From an uncultured Bacilli bacterium (GTDB taxonomy: Bacteria; Bacillota_I; Bacilli_A; RF39; UBA660), in the NCBI GenBank assembly GCA_934102255.1, contig CAKOSN010000003.1, positions 31,896-95,895 on the forward strand: a stretch of DNA of 64,000 nt, in the 5' to 3' direction. Below the pieces are notes generated by a model. That model saw nothing but the letters and a program-made list of their open reading frames with translations. It was not told the origin of the DNA and did no database searches. Every line of letters begins with the position of its first letter. Positions within the stretch are counted from its first letter, which is position 1. The position numbers were made by a program, and so were the translations under genes. Below, one piece after another: positions 18,065 through 26,740 of this stretch.

Positions 18065-19096
18065 TTAATCCTGATATTTACTACTAACGCCGAAATATTC
18101 TTCTAAGCTTAGCCAATTACCATTGTTATATAACTTTTTAGCTAAATCATAGCCGACATAACGAAGATGCCATGATTCATATTTATAACCAGTATAGTCA
18201 CTCTTATCTTTAGGAAATCTAATAATAAAACCATAAAGATAGGCATTCTCATTAACCCATTTTCCTTCATTAGTTTTAGCAAACGAATCATTAATAGAGT
18301 TTAAATCAAACGAATAAGACGATTGATGTTCGGAATATCCTGGTCTTGCTGAATATGTATCAGCTGCCGCCTTTCCGTCTCGTTTAATATAATTATTATA
18401 GATTTTTTCTTGACTAACATAAGGTCGATAACCACTAGCAATATAAATATTTAAACCAATTGCCTTCGCATCAGCTTGCATATTAGCAAATGATTTATAA
18501 GCAATTTTATTAATACACTTATTACATGTATTAGTTTTACCTTCAGGACTTTCCACCGTATCTACTGGCATATAATCACTAGGAAGACCATAAGTCTTAT
18601 TAACCATCATAATATCATCAATATAAGTAACACCATTAATCTCTGTTATTTTATATCCCTTAGTAGTAGTCCCCTTATTTTTTTCTTCCCCACTAATTTT
18701 TTCTAAAGGAGGATAAGATTTAGCAAGTTTAGCATCTATGTCAGTAATATTATTTTCCTCTTGATTAACCTTATTATTTTGATTTGTCTTATTATTGCTT
18801 TCATTACTACTAGAACTAGTATTTTTATCCTTTGTATTATCACTTTCTGAAGTACTATTATCCTTATTATCTGCTTTTTCACCAGTTGAATCATTACTAT
18901 CTATATTAGTATCTTTATTACCATCTTCTTTAGTATTATTATCATCTAGATTACCATTATTATTAGTTTCCAAAGTATTATTATCTAAATTATTTCCTTT
19001 ATTATCCTTATTTAGCATATATCTATTAATAGACAAAAATAAAACAGCTCCGATTAGAAAAATAACCGCTACTATAATTATTTTTTTCTTTTTCAT
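18065..19096 (-). CDS. D-alanyl-D-alanine carboxypeptidase, VanY / peptidase M15B family, with a low-complexity N/D/S/K-rich linker
   Basis: N-terminal TM anchor, then SGYRPYVSQ, SEHQSSYSFD and ESWHLRYVG zinc-peptidase motifs. Confidence 0.85.
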   Translation of the reverse strand: MKKKKIIIVAVIFLIGAVLFLSINRYMLNKDNKGNNLDNNTLETNNNGNLDDNNTKEDGNKDTNIDSNDSTGEKADNKDNSTSESDNTKDKNTSSSSNESNNKTNQNNKVNQEENNITDIDAKLAKSYPPLEKISGEEKNKGTTTKGYKITEINGVTYIDDIMMVNKTYGLPSDYMPVDTVESPEGKTNTCNKCINKIAYKSFANMQADAKAIGLNIYIASGYRPYVSQEKIYNNYIKRDGKAAADTYSARPGYSEHQSSYSFDLNSINDSFAKTNEGKWVNENAYLYGFIIRFPKDKSDYTGYKYESWHLRYVGYDLAKKLYNNGNWLSLEEYFGVSSKYQD

Positions 19097-19144
19097 ATAC
19101 TCACTACCTTTAATATATTATATTGGTTTTTCTTAAATCTTAAT

Positions 19145-19540
19145 TTAAGCAATATTACGTGATAAATTAACAAACTCTAATACTTCTTCTTGTTCAAAGT
19201 ATACTTTATAACTATCTCGTTTACTATCATTTAAATCCACTAATTCTAAAACCATAGTTTTCTTTTCAGGTGTATTTTTTATATAAATTATAAAATAATT
19301 TTTAATAAACGTTATTTTTTTCTTAACAGCCTCTGGTTCATCATAAAGTTTACGTATTTCTGTGCAAGCTTCAATAATTTCGCCAAGACTTAATGACTCA
19401 CGACAGCTATGATAACTAAATTCATCATTTTTTACACTAAAGTCAACCATTACCCATGAATCGTTACTAGCAAGACCTTCCTTTTTATTAGTTTTCTTTA
19501 CTGCATAATCAATTTGGGTATTTTTAAATTTTAATTTCAT
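19145..19540 (-). CDS. hypothetical protein
   Basis: 131-aa ORF. No motif recognised. Confidence 0.5.
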   Translation of the reverse strand: MKLKFKNTQIDYAVKKTNKKEGLASNDSWVMVDFSVKNDEFSYHSCRESLSLGEIIEACTEIRKLYDEPEAVKKKITFIKNYFIIYIKNTPEKKTMVLELVDLNDSKRDSYKVYFEQEEVLEFVNLSRNIA

Positions 19541-19630
19541 ATCTATCCAAGACCTCTTTCTAAAACTAGTATATCATAGTTTTAGAATAATTAAATCTTT
19601 ATTTTCATCTTTGATAGCATTTCTTTCTTT

Positions 19631-20098
19631 TTAAGACTTTTTTAGCTCTAATTTAGGACTATTATTTTCTCTTAAATAATTATAATATTCTTCTAAAAGC
19701 CCCTTATTTACATCACTTAATGGAATTAAATCTTTTTTTATTAACTCTTCTACACACCAATCAAAAAATGATTCTTTATATCCTAATACTTTATCAAAGC
19801 TATATAATTTTTTAGCTTCTTTAGTATCTAGTCCTAATTTTTGTAATACTATTAAGATTTTTAAAGTTGCTAAATCTAAGTAATTACTATTTAAAATATT
19901 TAATTCTTTACCAATAGCAAAAGGTAAAATTATTTGATAAGACCATTCATAAAGTCTTACATTCATTACTCCTACTTCTTTATTATAAGGAAAGTTATCT
20001 TCATAATTTTTTCTAACCAATTTTTTATAAATAATATCTAAATCATTTAGACTACAAACTGAACCTAGTCCAAATACTTTTAATGCTTCTTCTAACAT
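19631..20098 (-). CDS. hypothetical protein
   Basis: 155-aa ORF. The N-terminus weakly resembles a J-domain but lacks HPD. Confidence 0.5.
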   Translation of the reverse strand: MLEEALKVFGLGSVCSLNDLDIIYKKLVRKNYEDNFPYNKEVGVMNVRLYEWSYQIILPFAIGKELNILNSNYLDLATLKILIVLQKLGLDTKEAKKLYSFDKVLGYKESFFDWCVEELIKKDLIPLSDVNKGLLEEYYNYLRENNSPKLELKKS

Positions 20099-20220
20099 AT
20101 TCTATCACCAGCTATATAATATTACAAATATCATGCATTATTTGTCGAATTTTGTCGAATATTAAAATATTATATAAAAAAAATTCTCTAAGTAGTTCTT
20201 ACTTAAAGAATTAATCATTT

Positions 20221-21522
20221 TTATTTATTAATAGCTTCTTTATATTTATCTTCTAAAGTATAAATATTAGCACAACTCATAAATACTAAAACACTATCAT
20301 GATACTTAGTAAGTGGTGTTATATCATCATTACTAAGTAAATAACTATTAGGTATTTTCTTAACTAAATCATCACTAGAAATATCTGGATAATCGCGAAC
20401 ATTCTCACGATTACAATCGATTGGCGTGATATAGGCCTCATCAGCTGTACTTAATACTTTAATGAAATCATCTTTTAGGGCTGCTGTTCTAGAATAAGTA
20501 TTAGGTTTAAAAATAGCTACTATTTTTTTATTTGGGTACTTAATACGTGCTGCTTCAATGGTTTTTAAAAGCTCCGTTGGATGATGAGCATAATCATCTA
20601 TCATCACATTATCTCCTACTTTAGTTTCTTTAAAACGTCGTTTTGGAGTCGTAAAATCACTTAGGGTATCTTTAATCGTCATTAAATCAACATTGTATAA
20701 AAGACCAACTAAAATACTACATAAAGCATTTAAAATCATATGTTTACCAACTAAAGGCATATGAAAATGACCTAAGAAATTCTTATTATAAAAAGCATCA
20801 AAATCACTACCATTTTCATTCATAATAATGTTAGTAGCATAAATATCATTCTCTGTTTTAAAACCATAATAATAAATTTCATTAGTAGTTTTAAGTTTAC
20901 GAACATTAGAATCATCCCCACACGCTACCACAATCTTAGCTTTATTTACAAACTTATTAAAAGTTTCAATAATATCTTCAATTCCGGAATAACACTCCGT
21001 ATGTTCTAGTTCAATATTAGTAACTATCGCAAGATAAGGGCTATAAGATAAGAAATGACGCTTAAACTCACATGATTCAATAACAAATAATTTATTATCT
21101 CGTCTAGCATAACCAGAACCATCCCCAATAAAGTAATTAACTCCTTTATCTTTTAGAATATCAGTAATCATGGTTGAAGTAGTAGTCTTTCCATGAGTTC
21201 CGGAAACGCCAATCGTTTCAAATTCTCTGGTTAACCTTCCTAAAAGTTCATTGTATTCCACAAATTCTAATCCTGCATCTTTTAAAAATACTAACTCGGG
21301 ATGACTCAAGCTAAAAGCTTTAGAATAAGTTACAATCATTCCTTTATCTATCGGATGGGACTGGTCATAATAAATAGGAATATTTCTCTTTATTAAACCT
21401 TCTTCTGTAAATGTATGATTTTTATTATCATCATAACCTGCCACAGTATGTCCTAAATCACTTAAAATTTGAGCTAAAGTAGACATACCACTTCCCTTAA
21501 TACCAACACAAAAATACTTCAT
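20221..21522 (-). CDS. murC: UDP-N-acetylmuramate--L-alanine ligase
   Basis: GIKGSGMSTLAQIL, GVSGTHGKTTTSTM and the Mur ligase middle and C-terminal domains (DDYAHHP). Confidence 0.95.
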   Translation of the reverse strand: MKYFCVGIKGSGMSTLAQILSDLGHTVAGYDDNKNHTFTEEGLIKRNIPIYYDQSHPIDKGMIVTYSKAFSLSHPELVFLKDAGLEFVEYNELLGRLTREFETIGVSGTHGKTTTSTMITDILKDKGVNYFIGDGSGYARRDNKLFVIESCEFKRHFLSYSPYLAIVTNIELEHTECYSGIEDIIETFNKFVNKAKIVVACGDDSNVRKLKTTNEIYYYGFKTENDIYATNIIMNENGSDFDAFYNKNFLGHFHMPLVGKHMILNALCSILVGLLYNVDLMTIKDTLSDFTTPKRRFKETKVGDNVMIDDYAHHPTELLKTIEAARIKYPNKKIVAIFKPNTYSRTAALKDDFIKVLSTADEAYITPIDCNRENVRDYPDISSDDLVKKIPNSYLLSNDDITPLTKYHDSVLVFMSCANIYTLEDKYKEAINK

Positions 21523-21575
21523 AAAATTCTCCTCCTATTAGAAAAGATACTTGTTAAAACAAGTACCCCCATAAA

Positions 21576-22172
21576 TTAAACACTTTGAAAAATCAAATCT
21601 TTATTAACAATATAATATTCTAATCCTGAATAAACTGATAAGCAAGTTGCAAGTAAAACTAAACCTTTACCAACACCTATACCAAAGAATTCAAAAGGAA
21701 TATTGCTAAATAAGACTAAAGTCAAACCAACCATCATACAAGCCGTTTTAACTTTACCAGCTTTAGAAGCCGCTACTACTTTACCCTTGGCACCACTGGC
21801 CATTTTAATAGCATCTACAACAGTATCTCTTAAAATAACAACTACTGGTACAATTACTGGTAAATTATGATTATAAGCAAGAAGTATTAAGACACCATTA
21901 ACTAATACTTTATCCGCAATCGCATCCATCATCTTTCCAAAATCAGTTACCATATTATATTTTCTAGCAATCTTACCGTCTAACATATCTGTTAAAGAGG
22001 CAATTACAAACAAGATACCCGCTATAATATAATTAAGTTTGATAACAATTTTACCTCCTAGTAAATATTCTGGCCAACTAAAGCCAAACATATAAACTGG
22101 ACAGCCTAACAATAATAAAATAATTATTGATAAAAATATACGTCCTAAAGTTAATTTATTGGGTAAATTCAT
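21576..22172 (-). CDS. pgsA: CDP-diacylglycerol--glycerol-3-phosphate 3-phosphatidyltransferase
   Basis: CDP-alcohol phosphatidyltransferase motif DMLDGKIARKYNMVTDFGKMMDAIADK. Confidence 0.95.
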   Translation of the reverse strand: MNLPNKLTLGRIFLSIIILLLLGCPVYMFGFSWPEYLLGGKIVIKLNYIIAGILFVIASLTDMLDGKIARKYNMVTDFGKMMDAIADKVLVNGVLILLAYNHNLPVIVPVVVILRDTVVDAIKMASGAKGKVVAASKAGKVKTACMMVGLTLVLFSNIPFEFFGIGVGKGLVLLATCLSVYSGLEYYIVNKDLIFQSV

Positions 22173-22175
22173 AGT

Positions 22176-22658
22176 TTATCTTCCTTCTACTTGGCTCGCG
22201 GTAGTTGTTACCATACGACCAACAGTTACTTGTTTAACTGACCAAAATATTACAAGAGCAACAAGGGCAATTACAAGTATATAAAGTAGTGCAATACTCT
22301 TTTTCTTATAACGATAACTTGTATCTGTATAAGGACTAGCTACTCTAAATTTAAGTAACGCTTCTTCCTTATTTTTCTCCATTATTTTCTTTTCGATTTC
22401 TTCAACAGGAATTTTACTTGTTTTTTCAAACATAAATTCGTTAAATTTATCGACTGTTTTGGTTGGGTCTATTCCTAAATATTTTGCATAATCCTTTAGA
22501 TAATCTTTTAAGACAAAGATATCTTTAAAGCAACCCATATTACCTTCTTCAATATTATAAAGAATAGCGGGCTTAATCTTTAAATCTTCGCTTGCTTCTT
22601 CTAAGGACACACCATTTTCTTCTCTTGCACCTCTAAGCATCAGGCCTATTCCGTTCAA
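22176..22658 (-). CDS. rodZ: RodZ-like HTH membrane protein
   Basis: N-terminal XRE-type HTH (LRGAREENGVSLEEASEDLKI), a single TM helix, and a position directly upstream of pgsA as in Bacillus ymfM/rodZ. Confidence 0.7.
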   Translation of the reverse strand: MNGIGLMLRGAREENGVSLEEASEDLKIKPAILYNIEEGNMGCFKDIFVLKDYLKDYAKYLGIDPTKTVDKFNEFMFEKTSKIPVEEIEKKIMEKNKEEALLKFRVASPYTDTSYRYKKKSIALLYILVIALVALVIFWSVKQVTVGRMVTTTASQVEGR

Positions 22659-22689
22659 GATAATTCACTTCCTTTTAAAATTTAAAAAA

Positions 22690-23045
22690 ATAACTTAGTA
22701 AGCCGTGTTCTGTACTAGCATGCTAGTGACAAATATTTATCTAATCTATACAATTATGTATAAACTTTTCTACGCCGTTTGTTTCCTTTGTAGAAACTCT
22801 CCTACCAAATTTGGATTTCTTACTCGCGGGGTTTACCACGTTCCACCTACTTTATTTCTAAAGCAACTCGTCTCTTTGGCACTTTATGTCTAATATAACC
22901 ATTTGAGGTCACCTCGACGCCGTCAGTTAAAAACTGCCTAAGGTTATTGGCCTTAGCAACGAACCCTATAGCCATTTCAGGTCTATGTAAGCACGGACTT
23001 TCCTCAAGTATAATAAATATACCAGCATTTGTCTTTCTAAGTTAT
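22690..23045 (-). ncRNA. rnpB: RNase P RNA (bacterial, probably type B)
   Basis: The reverse strand carries GAGGAAAGTCCGTGC (P4 5' strand, 23005..22991) and ACAGAACACGGCTTA (P4 3' strand, about 22714..22700). P1 pairs ATAACTTAG (23045..23037) with CTAAGTTAT (22698..22690). It lies next to gpsB as in B. subtilis. Confidence 0.85.
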
Positions 23046-23058
23046 TTTTTATTATTAA

Positions 23059-23391
23059 TTATTCACTTTTACCGTAAACAATCTTTTCTAATTGACTAAT
23101 TCTTCTTAGAAGGTCAACATTATTAACAGGTACTTGAGTTCTATTATCTTCCTCAGCGATTGTTTCTAAATCCTTTAATCTTCTAACCTCACTACGAAGA
23201 CGACTATTTTCTTCATTTAAACTAGCAAGTTCTTTACGTAGTTTTTTAATTTCTTTATCAAATGCTACATAGTCTTTAATAACTATATCTAAGAAGCCAT
23301 CTACTTCTTGTGGTTTAAAACCTTTTGGTTCGATAGTAAATTCTTTATTAACTATATCTTGAGTAGTTAGAACTATTTTACTGTTATTCAT
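23059..23391 (-). CDS. gpsB: cell-cycle protein GpsB (DivIVA-domain)
   Basis: LTTQDIVNKEFTIEPKGFKPQEVDGFLDIVIKDY followed by a coiled coil. 110 aa. Confidence 0.85.
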   Translation of the reverse strand: MNNSKIVLTTQDIVNKEFTIEPKGFKPQEVDGFLDIVIKDYVAFDKEIKKLRKELASLNEENSRLRSEVRRLKDLETIAEEDNRTQVPVNNVDLLRRISQLEKIVYGKSE

Positions 23392-23409
23392 AATTATCCC
23401 TTCCTACAA

Positions 23410-23520
23410 GATTAATTATATATTATTTTTCTTGGCCTTGTCAAGACACACTGCTAGTCTTAAATCGTCTACTTCTTTAATTAGCCTATTAAATAAGGCA
23501 TTATTGTTCATCAAATTCAT
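23410..23520 (-). CDS. possible 36-aa small ORF upstream of gpsB
   Basis: AAGGTGA ribosome-binding site 5 nt before the ATG at 23520. Product: MNLMNNNALFNRLIKEVDDLRLAVCLDKAKKNNIYN. It ends 18 nt before the gpsB start. Not in the ORF track because it is too short. Confidence 0.3.
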
Positions 23521-23686
23521 ATTAATCACCTTACTAAAATCATAGCATTTTATTAAATTTTTTACACTTGATTCGACAAATGTTGTCATAATTTTCTAAA
23601 TATTTATAATTAAGCAAGTAAAATATTTTTTGCTTAAGTTAATGATATATGTTAAAATAGCACTCAATTAAAAAGGACGGGTTTTT

Positions 23687-24532
23687 ATGCGAAAAGTTGT
23701 TATTATGAATTTAGAAATGATTGTTACTAATAAGTGTAATTTAGATTGTGGACATTGCATGCGTGGACAGAAATGCAATAATTCTATGAGCGATGAAGTA
23801 ATCGAGGCTACTTTAGGACAAGTTTTAGCTATTCATAATTTAGGGATTTGTGGTGGCGAGCCAACCTTAGCTGTTGATGTAATAGAAAAAATATTTAATT
23901 ATATTATGGAAAAAGGAATTATAGTTGAATGTGTCACCACAGTTATTAACGGTACAATATATTCTAATAAATTTCTTGAGTGCTTAGAAATGATTGAAAA
24001 ATATATTGAAAAAGAGCTTCCTAATCGTTTAGAAAAATCATCTTTTGTAATTTCTAGAGATATTTACCATCAAAATGAAATTAAAAAATTAAAACTTGAT
24101 GCTCAATTTTTAAATAATCTAGAATTTTATAGAAATTCTAGATATTATGGTGGGTTCCTTTACTTAGACCCGAGATTAAAATTATTTAGAGAAGGTAATG
24201 CTGAAAATTTAGACGAAAATATGACTGTTCCACTAAGAATCTTTCCACCAATTATTACTCATGTCGGTAAAAGAATTATTGGAGATTTTTATCTAGAAGA
24301 CATTGATGATGGTATATGCAAAATCGGTAGTATGGTTACTGTTAATTGTGATGGAATTATCACTGATTGCAACGCTTCCATTGAACATCAAAAAACTATA
24401 TATAATTTTGGTAATGTCTTAAACGAAAGTATTTATGATGTTTGCATGAAAAACGGTCAAGTTGTTAAACCTCATCAATTTATCAGAAAAATCATAAAAC
24501 AAGAAAAAGAATATGAAAGTTACAATAAGTAA
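23687..24532 (+). CDS. radical SAM protein with a partial SPASM/twitch-like C-terminus
   Basis: CNLDCGHC (CxxxCxxC), GGEPTL, and C-terminal cysteines VNCDGIITDCNAS. Confidence 0.8.
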   Translation: MRKVVIMNLEMIVTNKCNLDCGHCMRGQKCNNSMSDEVIEATLGQVLAIHNLGICGGEPTLAVDVIEKIFNYIMEKGIIVECVTTVINGTIYSNKFLECLEMIEKYIEKELPNRLEKSSFVISRDIYHQNEIKKLKLDAQFLNNLEFYRNSRYYGGFLYLDPRLKLFREGNAENLDENMTVPLRIFPPIITHVGKRIIGDFYLEDIDDGICKIGSMVTVNCDGIITDCNASIEHQKTIYNFGNVLNESIYDVCMKNGQVVKPHQFIRKIIKQEKEYESYNK

Positions 24533-24535
24533 TAT

Positions 24536-24976
24536 ATGATTAATACAAGACTATTAGAACTTAGAGAATATAACTTTCTACTTCAAAAAGATATAGCTAA
24601 AGTTTTAAATATCGATAGGTCAACCTACTCTACTTGGGAAACCAATTTAAAAATAATTCCATTAAAACATCTAAATGTTCTTGCTAATTATTATGATACT
24701 AGTATGGACTACATCCTTGGTTTAACTAGTAAAAAAAAAAAATATAAAAAATTGGATAAATTAGATAAACAAATAATTGGTAATAATATTAGAAAACTAA
24801 GAAGTGATAATAACTTGACTTTAAGAGACCTTGCTAAGGTTTTAAATACTACTTCTTCAACTATCTCGGCTTATGAAACCGGTAAAACACTTCTACTAAC
24901 GGCTTTTGCTATCGAAATAGCTAAAAAAAACCACATTTCAATAGATGAACTATGTGGTAGAGAAAAAATTAATTAA
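24536..24976 (+). CDS. XRE-family transcriptional regulator with two HTH domains
   Basis: LLQKDIAKVLNIDRSTYSTWE and LTLRDLAKVLNTTSSTISAYE. It starts 4 nt after the radical SAM stop. Confidence 0.85.
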   Translation: MINTRLLELREYNFLLQKDIAKVLNIDRSTYSTWETNLKIIPLKHLNVLANYYDTSMDYILGLTSKKKKYKKLDKLDKQIIGNNIRKLRSDNNLTLRDLAKVLNTTSSTISAYETGKTLLLTAFAIEIAKKNHISIDELCGREKIN

Positions 24977-25204
24977 TTTAAACACAAGTAAGTCCTTTAT
25001 GGCTTATTTTTTTCTTGCCTTAAAATTTTCATGATTTACTAAGAGCAATATTTATTTTACAGAAAGTAAAGAAAAAGAAAAAAATTACACTTTTTTGCCA
25101 AAATTTGTAAAAAAAAGAAGGAAATCAGGCTTCACTAGGTAATAAGTATATATAGAAGGACCAAATTATAGCCACCATTCGTCCTTCTTAGAAAGGAGAA
25201 AAAA

Positions 25205-25720
25205 ATGAGAAACGATAAATATATTAAAACTAGAATTGTTCATGACAGTAATCCTTACGGTCTTCCCAGACTCCTAGTAAGTATCGATATGGACGGTGTT
25301 ATCGCGCATCCCGAAATCTATGGCAAAGAAGCTTGTAATGCTCTTAATGTTTTAAGAACTTTAAAAAATGATTTTTTTGATATAAAAACAGCCTATGCCT
25401 TAGCTGGTAATGATTCTGAATTATTAATGGTTCCTAACGAAGCTTATAAGATGATAAAAGAATGTTTTGGTAAAACTTTAGCTGACATTGCTAAATATCA
25501 AGGCCCCGATGAATTTTATAATAAGCTAATTGAAAAAGTTTATCTTTTAGTAGATTGTCTTTATAGTCCAATTCATCCTGATAAAAAAGAGTTAGCAAAA
25601 ATTATCTGCCACGTAGTAGAACTTTTTCCTGACGGTCTTGAACTTAAAAATATAGTTGCTGAAACTGGTTTTTCTCTTAAAGAAGCCTTATTTATTAAAA
25701 ATTTCTTAGCTAGAGATTAA
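25205..25720 (+). CDS. hypothetical protein
   Basis: 171-aa ORF with an AAAGGAG ribosome-binding site. No motif recognised. Confidence 0.55.
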   Translation: MRNDKYIKTRIVHDSNPYGLPRLLVSIDMDGVIAHPEIYGKEACNALNVLRTLKNDFFDIKTAYALAGNDSELLMVPNEAYKMIKECFGKTLADIAKYQGPDEFYNKLIEKVYLLVDCLYSPIHPDKKELAKIICHVVELFPDGLELKNIVAETGFSLKEALFIKNFLARD

Positions 25721-25768
25721 AAAAAGGGTAAGTAGTGTAACCCATACATTACTTATCCTATTATTTTT
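25721..25768. terminator. bidirectional terminator
   Basis: 13-bp stem GGGTAAGTAGTGT / ACATTACTTATCC (two G-U pairs), A-run before and T-run after, between convergent genes. Confidence 0.6.
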
Positions 25769-25773
25769 AGATA

Positions 25774-26235
25774 TTAATTGTTTTTATCCGTTGAACCAAA
25801 GCCACCAGTACGTGTACCTGTTGCTTTATCATCATTTGTAGTTAAATATTTTTGAAATATTACTTGACCAATAACATCACCTTTATGAATAACTAAATCA
25901 TTTTCACCAAAATTCCAGAATTGGAAATAAAAGTGACCGTCATTAGTTTCATTGCCATAATAATCTGCATCAATAATACCAATGGAATTACTCATCATAA
26001 AGCCTTTTTTAGGTCCACTACTTCTATTTACCAACATAAAGAACTCATCAGATTCACAATATGCCTTAAGTCCTGTTGGAATAAGACTTGGTTTCGTTCC
26101 TGGTTTATATGGTGGTATTACCATATCACTAGCTGCTTCAACATCATAACCAGCTGAATTAGCTGTTTTTCTTACAGGTATATGAATATCTTTATCCTCA
26201 TATCCTTTTGCAATTTCAAATCCTCTACCTTGCAT
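25774..26235 (-). CDS. dut: dUTP diphosphatase
   Basis: SAGYDVEAASD, GIIDADYYG and C-terminal GGFGSTDK motifs. Confidence 0.9.
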   Translation of the reverse strand: MQGRGFEIAKGYEDKDIHIPVRKTANSAGYDVEAASDMVIPPYKPGTKPSLIPTGLKAYCESDEFFMLVNRSSGPKKGFMMSNSIGIIDADYYGNETNDGHFYFQFWNFGENDLVIHKGDVIGQVIFQKYLTTNDDKATGTRTGGFGSTDKNN

Positions 26236-26237
26236 TT

Positions 26238-26738
26238 TTAATTCTCACTTTCATATAATACGATTTTTTCTTCTTTTAAACTCTTTTTAACATCAATAAC
26301 TCTTTGGTTGCTTGAGCCACACCATTTAAGACGAGGGTCATGTAAATCTTCCTTAAACTGACCGTCTACTAAAACATCTAAGTATTCTAGTGCCTCTTTA
26401 TTTTCTATAGTCTCCCAAGTAAAGCCTGTCCAAAGCCAGATGTTTTTATTAGGATATTTTTCTTTAAAAGCCTTACATAATTTAATAGTAGCATCAACTG
26501 TGCCTTTATATAAAGGTTCTCCACCTAAAATAGATAAACCTTTAATATAGAGAGGACTTGCTACTTCTAAAACTTTATTAATAGTTGCATCATCAAACTC
26601 CGTACCCAAATCAAAGTCCCAAGTTTCACTATTGAAACAACCCTTGCAATGAAAGGGACAGCCCTGGAAAAAGATAGATACTCTTACCCCAGGACCATTA
26701 GATATATCCATTTTACGAATTTTATTATATCTTGCCAT
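26238..26738 (-). CDS. nrdG: anaerobic ribonucleoside-triphosphate reductase activating protein
   Basis: Radical SAM cluster FFQGCPFHCKGCFN, about 165 aa, directly downstream of nrdD. Confidence 0.9.
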   Translation of the reverse strand: MARYNKIRKMDISNGPGVRVSIFFQGCPFHCKGCFNSETWDFDLGTEFDDATINKVLEVASPLYIKGLSILGGEPLYKGTVDATIKLCKAFKEKYPNKNIWLWTGFTWETIENKEALEYLDVLVDGQFKEDLHDPRLKWCGSSNQRVIDVKKSLKEEKIVLYESEN

Positions 26739-26740
26739 TT

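Noticed and set aside
22705-22893. 62-aa + strand ORF (GTG start).
   Set aside because: It lies inside the RNase P RNA gene on the opposite strand. The conserved P4 strands and P1 pairing explain the region.
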